From contig JAQGDQ010000213.1 in the NCBI GenBank assembly GCA_030141605.1, positions 315,880-379,879 on the forward strand: a DNA stretch of 64,000 nucleotides, given 5' to 3'. Position numbers and translations under genes: made by a program. The DNA comes from Tubiluchus corallicola. Its lineage: Eukaryota; Animalia; Priapulida. Shown piece by piece: positions 55,889 through 64,000 of the stretch (its first letter is position 1; each line of letters begins with the position of its first letter). Under the pieces are notes generated by a model. That model ran no database searches. It saw nothing but the letters and a program-made list of their open reading frames with translations, and had not been told where the DNA came from.

Positions 55889-56212
55889 GTTCTCAAATTT
55901 TAATATAATTTAATCAGCCTTTGATGGTACATACTACAGACTCGTATTATATCAGAACGAGCCGTCAAATTACGATTTAATTAGCGAGTACAGGTGATAC
56001 GAAGTGGAATGCGTAGTTTCCCAACCAGCAACCTGGATAGTGGGACAACAGTTTACAGTTAGAACATACTGGCCCTTATGCAGTCTGAGCACTACTTATG
56101 AAAATTATGTTTGAAATGAAGTGTCAAATCAAAATCAAATCTGTATATCTGTCTAGTTGTCTCTGTATCTATCTATTTATCTGTATTTATCTACCTACGT
56201 ACCTACCTAATT

Positions 56213-56214
<2 letters not shown>

Positions 56215-56252
<38 letters not shown>
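56215..56252. repeat. (CT)n microsatellite
   Basis: Directly visible. Confidence 0.9.
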
Positions 56253-56253
<1 letters not shown>

Positions 56254-58382
56254 CTTCTTTCTCTGTTTCTGTGTTTTGGCTTTACATGGTTATTTATTGC
56301 ATGTAGCTTACGAAAACTTTCACCTAGTCATAACGTACCCAAAGTCAATCTCAGGTTTTCTGGATTTGTTCGCACGAAGCCATGCAGATCGTAAACCGGC
56401 TTCGTGTTTTCGCAACAGCTGCGCGAATCACTTAGGCATACTAAAACAAATTGTGCGCGCCAAAGTGCTACTAACTGCTGCAAGATGCGGTGACAACTTG
56501 CGCGCTTAATAATGTTTATGACGCCGCAAATTCTTCTAGAAGAATTTATTGTTAACAAGCTGCTGATATTATTAACGGATGGGATTTTTTTGGAAGAAAA
56601 ATGAATGTCAGAGGGATACTATGGCGTAAGGACGAAAAACCAGCTGCATTGAAACGATGTGGAAAAGAAGGCAGGGATAAGCTTAATGAGACGAACTAAA
56701 ACTTGGTGTAGCTTTATCTTAAATTTTAAGTGATGATTGTTTCACTGGGATGTTGTCGTCGTATCATCATCAATAAGAAGAAACCATAAATAACAAACAA
56801 GGCAAAGAAACACGACATGGCAAGACATCTTCTTTCAAACGAGGACGCGATCATTTAATTATCTTCAATCTGGATGTTCAAATATCGTCGTTTTTGCGAT
56901 CGATCCATCTGCATGGAATAACTCCTTTTACTTCTACCCTGCATGTTGTAGTGCAAAATAAAAATGCATGCTTCACAGGAAGTTAGGCTGTTTTAATGTT
57001 CCTGAAAACTGTTAGAAAGATTCGGCAATAAAAGTGTAATAAGTGTCTTGTGTAATTAGTAAAATCACTTTTGAAGCAGCGCTGAAAACATTGCTAATGT
57101 TAAACGACATCGTAGTTTTGTCAACAGCAACTTTTTGCACTACATGTGATGGATGAAAAGATATTAGTAAAGCGGTACGCGTGATGTCATTGGTATCTCG
57201 TGCTTCGCTCTTTTATTGTTGCAACACGGCCTTACTCTATTGTGCCCTTCAGATAATGCTTCTGACAAAGAGCGATCATGTTTACGCTTTCCAAATTGTA
57301 AGAACATGGTGGGTTCTTATGTGTGATCCGCGAGAAAGAGTTCGACGCCGAGGCAGCATGACAGAGTTTCTTTCCTGCATTGAAATTACAATATTTCATT
57401 TATCTGCACAAAAGCCATCAGCTGTGCAAGTCCAAACTAAAGCATGCTTGAGAAACTGCAGCTAAATATGGTTTTCATGCTGTTTGTCCTAATTATTACC
57501 TTTAATTAATGTGTATGTCTTAATCAAAAAAGTGGCTAGCAACTTACTTTCAGATTACTGATTTGATTTGCGGCCAGAAGTACCCCGCATACTATAATAA
57601 TTGCACATACAACTGTTCAACTAATAGAATACTGTACCGGTCGCATTTTCCAAACAGTCACAGCTTAATACGTAAACCTGATTGCCTTCTATCTTGATAT
57701 ATACCAACACTACTTTTGGTCGTCTGTGATGCGTTATTTTTTCATCGGGAGACTCCCGAATTTAATAGTAACCGCTCTTTCTTCACATTTTGAAATGTTT
57801 CTTGAAATATATATGTAAACCAAATGCGATCACAGTGAGATGGAACAACACCCTCTCACCCATTTGCCCGAAAGACAACCCGAAAAGAACCGTTCGGCAA
57901 CGCAAGTACGTAGAATAGAGAAGCGGGATTGCATTATGTAACTTACACAAAGCTTAAATAAGCCAGAGATACCAGTGACGTCACGCTAAAACTAATACAG
58001 CATATTTTTGTCTGTATAAAGCTTTCGTCAGTTTTTAAATTCAACATGGTTACCAGCAATGCCTACATTTTGACACCCAATCATGTTTTGCTTCGGTTCT
58101 GCTTTAAAGTCGCGAGTATCTCATCCATGGGCGGGCTCATGTTAAACGCTCATGTTCAGCCAGTGAACTGGCCAAATGGTTGAAGCAACGCGCAGTCAAG
58201 TTTTTGCAAAAAAAAACTAGACAGCTAATTGTGTGATATTTCTGAATGGACATAAAGTAAGCAGTATAATTCTGAATTAATTTAAGCGACGCACACGCGC
58301 GTTTGTAAAAAGCCATGAAACGCTCGCCAACTCTGTAAGTACGTGATAATTTTCATCACAGTTCAGTATTTATATACTGACT

Positions 58383-58839
58383 AGCCGGGCCACATTAAAT
58401 TTTCCCGCAATTCCTGCGGGCCACATGCAGTTTGGTCAAGGAGCCAAGTACAATAGGACCTAATAACGATTTTTTGCATCCGATTTGCGTACATCATTGC
58501 TACTGCATTACTGCACCATTACTACACTTAAGGAACTATTTTAGAAGTTATTAAAATTTATATTAAAAACCATATATTTCGTCATGTCCGACAGTTACAT
58601 TAAGTGACAACGGTCTTGTAAGGGTTAATGCCATCCGATCTAGAGGAAAAAACTACCCGCACTATCTTTTTGCGATATTGGCGCGGACTTCAGCTGGATC
58701 ACGTGGGCCGCACTTTCATTACGTTGACAAACCTCTTTGCGGGCCGCACTTTCATTACGTTGACAAACCTCTTCGCGGGCTGCACAAGATCTCTTGGCGG
58801 GCCGCAAGTGGCCCACGGGCAGCAGTTTGCACACCCCTG
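58383..58839. mobile_element. hAT-Charlie-like MITE, left TIR missing
   Basis: Many gcgggcc(g/a)ca motifs, right end tttgcacacccctg (= CAGGGGTGTGCAAA), and an internal 36-bp two-copy repeat at 58705/58741. Confidence 0.7.
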
Positions 58840-59085
58840 ACTTACCTAGATCTGTTTACTGATATTGTGTCGATAAAATACTATAGATTTGATGGTATTT
58901 AGGTACCCTCAGGTTTTGTATATTTCAGCTTCTAATGCAGTGGTGAATCTTACTAGATATAGGAAACTTCAGAATATTTAAAAGAATATTGAATAATATT
59001 CACGCCAGGTGTGGCTAATTGTTAGTATTGCATCCTTGAACATTATCTAATGAAATAACGTGTTTTTTTCCGCAAAACTAACCAT

Positions 59086-59561
59086 CTTCTTCTTCTTCCC
59101 AGCTTTTCCCTATGCCGGGTCGCCGTTGTGAATGAGTCTTCTCCACGCATTCCTGCTGTTGACCATCTCTTCATTTATATCTTCCCTTCCCACATGATCT
59201 TCACCGACTCTTCTTTTCAGGTGTCCATACCATCGCAATCTTGCGAGGCTTCCACTACTTTTACTGTTCCTCTGATATTATTATTTCTAATTTTATCTCT
59301 TCTTGTTATTCCCACCATCAATCTCAACATCCTCATCTCCACCACACCCATTTTCTTCTCTTCGGTCTTCTTTAGAGAAGCTGCTTCCAGCCCATAGATT
59401 AGAGCGGGTCTGACCACTTCTTTGTGGACTTTCCCTTTTAGTCTCACCGACTCATTCATAGAAGGTTTTGGCGCAGTTTTTACAGGCGAATGCCCTTCCT
59501 GACCCTAACCCTCCCTGTTTATCCGGGCTTGGAACCGGCACTCCCCCCCCCAGTGGCTAGG
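59086..59561 (-). mobile_element. Internally deleted (bipartite) RTE retroposon with a perfect 19-bp TSD
   Basis: TSD tttccgcaaaactaaccat at 59067 and 59562; (GAA)n tail; RTE C-terminal peptide LKGKVHKEVVRPALIYGLE..EMRMLR..GITRRDKIRN; 5' part carries aagcccggataaa...ggaagggcattcgcctgtaaaa. Confidence 0.88.
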
Positions 59562-60306
59562 TTTCCGCAAAACTAACCATAATGGCTAAAAACAAAGCAC
59601 AGTCATTGAGTTTATGTCCTTGAGTGATGCCATAATTGTGAAAATTGTGCAATAAATGCATTAATTCCTTGGAAATTCAAAAACCAAAGTAAAATTTAAT
59701 CAGATACGTGTTGAGTTTATGACATAATATCATTTGTTTTCACATTTGGTGGTCTGCTTATACTTCATTGTGTTGTTGGTTTTCTATATTAGTACTCTGA
59801 CGTTTTTGGTGTACATTTCTAAGATGTAAATAGGTAATAAAAATAAGACACTTGCATTGTTAATAGGGTGTATTTTATTATAGCTCTGTAGTAATTCTAA
59901 TTTAACGTTAAGATGTCTCACAATTTTAAAGTTGGCTGATTCACGTTTGGTAGGTGTGCGTTTGGAACTATGGTCTGGCTTTTTAAACAGAAATCATAAT
60001 TCATATCATTTGCGGTATTTCATTTGGAGACTCGGGTTACTAAATCTGAATAGGTGTATGAGCAATGATGTGAACTATGTTATAATGTTGTACAGATAAA
60101 TTGATGTAGCCAAGTTTTTGGTTTAAATAAATTATGGATTTTTGTTCTAACTATTGTGTTTGGCTGTGTTGATAATAACATTATCACCTCTGTAGCAGAA
60201 GAGTAATGATTTGTGCTCACGACTGTTCCAAAGAATCATTTTAAAACCTTAAAACCGGGCTAAAGAATGTAAAGAGTTTGCCGACACACCCTGGTAATGC
60301 AGTAAT

Positions 60307-60890
60307 GTTGTTGTTCGTCCTTCATAGTCGAAGAGGACCATGACTTCATTCTGACTTCGTAGGATGTGTACGGAAGTGTCTTATAAGCCCGATTCTTGCT
60401 GAGAACCTCCTCCTGCAATGAGGACATGAGAATGGTGTGCCTTGATAGGCATTGCGTTGTCTGTCTTTTCGAAGCTGTCTTTTCTCCTGCCTAACTTGGA
60501 TGCGCCTGGACTCATAGTTGGTCACTCCCGATTTGATGAGGGACCGCCAACGAGATCTCTCCTGTGCCACATCTTCCCAGGAGTCGACATTGATGTTGCA
60601 TTCTTTCAGGCTGGCTTTGAGGGTGTCTTTGTATCTTTTCCGTTGCCCTCCAACTGACCGTTTCCCTTCTTTCAGCTCGCAGTACATGAGTCTCTTTGGC
60701 AGTCTGTGATCTTCCATACGTTGAACATGGCCAACCCATTTCAGTTGTGCTGCCTTAAGCATTGAATGGACACTGATGGATTGTGCTCTCTCGAGGATTT
60801 CAGGTTCTGGTATCAAGTCCTGCCAGCTGATCTTGAGGAGTCGTCTTAGACAACGCAGGTGGAAGGAGTTTAGTTGTCTGGCATGGCGAT
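60307..60890 (-). mobile_element. 5'-truncated RTE (BovB-like) LINE
   Basis: Peptide QLKWVGHVQRMEDHRLPKRLMY..GKRSVGGQRKRYKDTLK..CPHCRRRFSARIGLIRHFRTH; (CAA)n tail; degenerate TSD ctggtaatgcagtaat / ctggaatggagtaat. Confidence 0.9.
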
Positions 60891-60946
60891 CTGGAATGGA
60901 GTAATAGTACTATGCCAGATGGACCCTATGCTTCATCTGTTGAACT

Positions 60947-61404
60947 CAGGGGCGTCTTAACCAATAGGCAACTAGGTTATAGCCAGGGGTGCTAAAATCT
61001 GAGGGCATCACATTTCAGAAAAAATTCTTATTCTCCTCGGAAAATGTGTAACTTTCATATTCATATAAAGGGGCATTTTATAACACACCACAGGCAGTTA
61101 ACGAAGCAAACTTTATAACGGCGTTAACTAACGATGTCAATAGCAGCTAAGCTTTTATATAAGTGCCACATAACGAACAGGTGCAAGGTATTACACAACA
61201 AGCAGTTGCACAGCCTGCTTGAATATAAGCGCTATGCAAATGCAAGTAATTAATAATGACACGTAGAAACTAGGTTAATATGTTTCTAATACACCACAAG
61301 TAATTGTTTAATTTGCTCATTACATAAGCAGCCATAAATTCACACTAGAGATAAGCGGGATAGAACTATTAGCTTAGGGCATCGTAAAGCGTTGATACGT
61401 CCCG
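60947..61404. mobile_element. hAT (Tip100-like) MITE
   Basis: Ends caggggcgtcttaac / gttgatacgtcccg; 8-bp TSD gttgaact / gttgaacc. Confidence 0.7.
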
Positions 61405-61432
61405 GTTGAACCTGATAAAGTTTATCAGTTAA

Positions 61433-61777
61433 CCCTTTCATACCCGTGGGATACAAGAATATTTTCTGCCTTTAAAATTAATAAAATTTTAAAACTGACA
61501 GTTATTTGATCTGTTAATAGTTATTTTGATTTAAGCCAATAACAATAGACTAAAAATGGTGATAAAATGGCAAACTAGAAAATCTACGTAGCATAAAAAA
61601 CTGCGCAAGGTACAGTACTTTAGAGACGACTTTGTACAGATCAACATAGCATGCATACTAAATGTCTTAAATACTTTAAAAAATTATCAGCAGTCGCAAA
61701 ATGAAGCACAGTTTTTGCTTTTGTTGTGTTTTTAAAAAAGTTTTTCTTATTAAAAAAATAATTTGGGACTGAAAGGG
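61433..61777. mobile_element. piggyBac-type MITE
   Basis: TTAA on both sides; TIRs ccctttcataccc / gggactgaaaggg. Confidence 0.85.
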
Positions 61778-62672
61778 TTAAAAGGATTTCACCTATGACT
61801 GTGCACAGTACAGATATTTTGTGACAATTTTCTTAACTAATTATGAAATGCTATGCTAGTGGCACAAGAAATTTGTCTGAATCAAATTTAGCTTTGTCTC
61901 CATCCCAGCATCTCCTATATTACTCCAGTGTTTATTAGATATATTATAATGTCACCTACATCTATTGTAATATATTAGTGCATAATCTTCGTTTTGACGC
62001 CATCAGCTGGTCAATAAACCCATTATTCTTGATTTATAAAAGATTTATTTTAAGGGTAACTGTATAGAGCCGTTCATTTCGCCGTGTTGTTCACGTTCAG
62101 GTACTACAAAACTGTGGGACTTTATCATTTTGCCGCAAATAGTGCATAGTACATTTTTGTCGAAATTTGGATTCATGGCAACTGTAGACGCGCATGTTTA
62201 TTAACAACCATTTCAGCTGAGTTTTTATTTCATCTTGATCATCATGCACTGGAACGCAGATGCTAGCCTGCTAGGCGTTCATTTTTTGGAAAACTATTTC
62301 CTGAATTGACGAATACAATTAAGGTAGCAATTACATAAGAAAGCGTACGTGCGATCAGCATTAATTCGTCAGCTGGTAATTCATAGTGAATATTCTGAAT
62401 TACCAATACATAGTAATATATCACAGTTTATGATATGTACGGGAAATTTTAGCTAATGCATCAATGCTAGAATTAACATTGTTGTGGTTAAAAACAGATT
62501 GCAAACCATCAAAGTTGATGGTCGGATATTTCAACCGAACAGTTGCCGATAGAGGGCACTACACTGTATCACATGTTACACACAAAACTCGGGCTGAACA
62601 GGCGAATTCACGCCATTACAGAAACACATCCTGTTTTGGCTGAGATATTATCGATTTTTAGACGTTTAGTTT

Positions 62673-62676
<4 letters not shown>

Positions 62677-62762
<86 letters not shown>
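62677..62762. repeat. (GA)n microsatellite
   Basis: Directly visible. Confidence 0.97.
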
Positions 62763-62765
<3 letters not shown>

Positions 62766-63898
62766 GGATAGAGGGAGGGAAAGAGAAAACGAGAGATATA
62801 GAAAAGTGTCGATCGAGTGTCACCTTGATCGAAATGAACCTGGAGAGTTTAGCGAGCAGGCAGCGACAATGTTCTAAATGACATATTCTTCTAATTCGGC
62901 AGAAAAAATCTAAATAAGCGAGTAAGTCAATGCTTCGCATTCCGGAATAGTTTTCTTATCTAAATCTTCCACTTTTTACCTGCTTTAGTTTTGTCAGGTT
63001 ACCTCTGCAGGTTCTGGCCGCAAATACCGTCTTTTCTGCTTATCAAGATCGTACAACTTGTACATAATTCTGCAATAAAACGCCTTGAAGAGAATTCATC
63101 ATACATTCATACTCAAGTTTGCTTGCAATTACTTGCTTAATTGTCCAGTTTCAGTTTAAAAGCAATTAACTTAACTAAAAGCAACGATATTTCTTTTTAG
63201 AATTAGAAAGCCTAGAGAGTAGCTGGCCACATGCATCCAAGAAGAGGGGTACCTGAAGTAGGTTTCAGAAAAATCCTCTTAAGAAATTGTATTACTTTAT
63301 AACAATTTTATGCGTATATCGTACTCGCGCTGAAAAGGATTTTTTGTTTGTTTTCATTTTTAATTTCCCGCAATACTGTCCCGACCGCGCCATTACATGA
63401 CGTCATATATGCACAACGTAAATCAGGGGAAGATAAGGCAATGTTAAACTATGTTAAACTTTCCATGCAAGGTTATATTACTTAGCATTTCGCTTACCTG
63501 CCTGAAAGACTTATGTAACAAGAAAAGAAAATTATTAATTATTTAAAATGTTTTCACCAATTGGCAAAATGTCGCTGACTGATCCTCCAGGGTGCACCAC
63601 TCACTAACCAGAAAACATATTTTTAATCTTATTGACAAGATACAGCAATTTAAAATTTTACTTAGTGACGTATCGCTACGAATACATTGATTATTTTTGA
63701 TTATTGAAATGTAAACCTATTTCAAATGACTTGTCCTCAAAATGGCTGCGCCTAACGGGAGTTTAAATTTATACATGTTTTATACAGCGTTACTCCCGAC
63801 GCAAGCCCTGTATGCAAAGAGGCAGTATGTAAGTGGTACAAAATTTCAGGACGAATTTTTAAGCTTTACGTAAGTGGCTTAAATCTTTCATGCTTTAA

Positions 63899-64000
63899 CC
63901 CTTTCAGTCTTAAATTATTTTTTTAACAAGAATTTTTTTTTGATTTAGTACTTTTGTTTAGTATGTCCATCTTGTTTACACATAATAATTATTTTTTCTA
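63899..64000. mobile_element. Second copy of the piggyBac-type MITE, inverted, possibly cut by the window end
   Basis: ttaa|ccctttcagtcttaaattatttttttaacaagaa matches the reverse complement of about 61745-61781. Confidence 0.7.

Overview
AT-rich, intron-containing animal (invertebrate) genomic DNA; nothing prokaryotic and no CRISPR, rRNA or intact tRNA seen. The main feature is a 16-coding-exon + strand gene (ATG 23599 to stop 37879) that I reconstructed by hand from GT/AG sites with consistent phases. It encodes signal peptide, 24 EGF repeats, 3 WAP four-disulfide-core domains, one atypical Ig domain, a TM helix and a tail with ITIM-like and YxN motifs (about 1409 aa). Eight EGFs are single phase-1 exons and 16 are packed into one 1993-bp exon. 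Two competing 5' splice sites 8 nt apart could switch it between a membrane form and a secreted form (about 1183 aa). Also present: a cyclase-family (kynurenine formamidase/isatin hydrolase-like) gene with an uninterrupted CDS and a probable signal peptide (2955-3773), the first coding exon of a divergent - strand gene with a LIR-like motif at the left edge, and a frameshifted PHD-APE-RT LINE of the CR1/L2 group (about 4090-8395). The rest is many non-autonomous elements (hAT and piggyBac MITEs with TSDs, Helentron/HINE-like elements, fold-back elements, a bipartite RTE derivative, SINE and LINE remnants) and microsatellites. All gene models are sequence-only predictions; family names come from motif recall, not from database searches.
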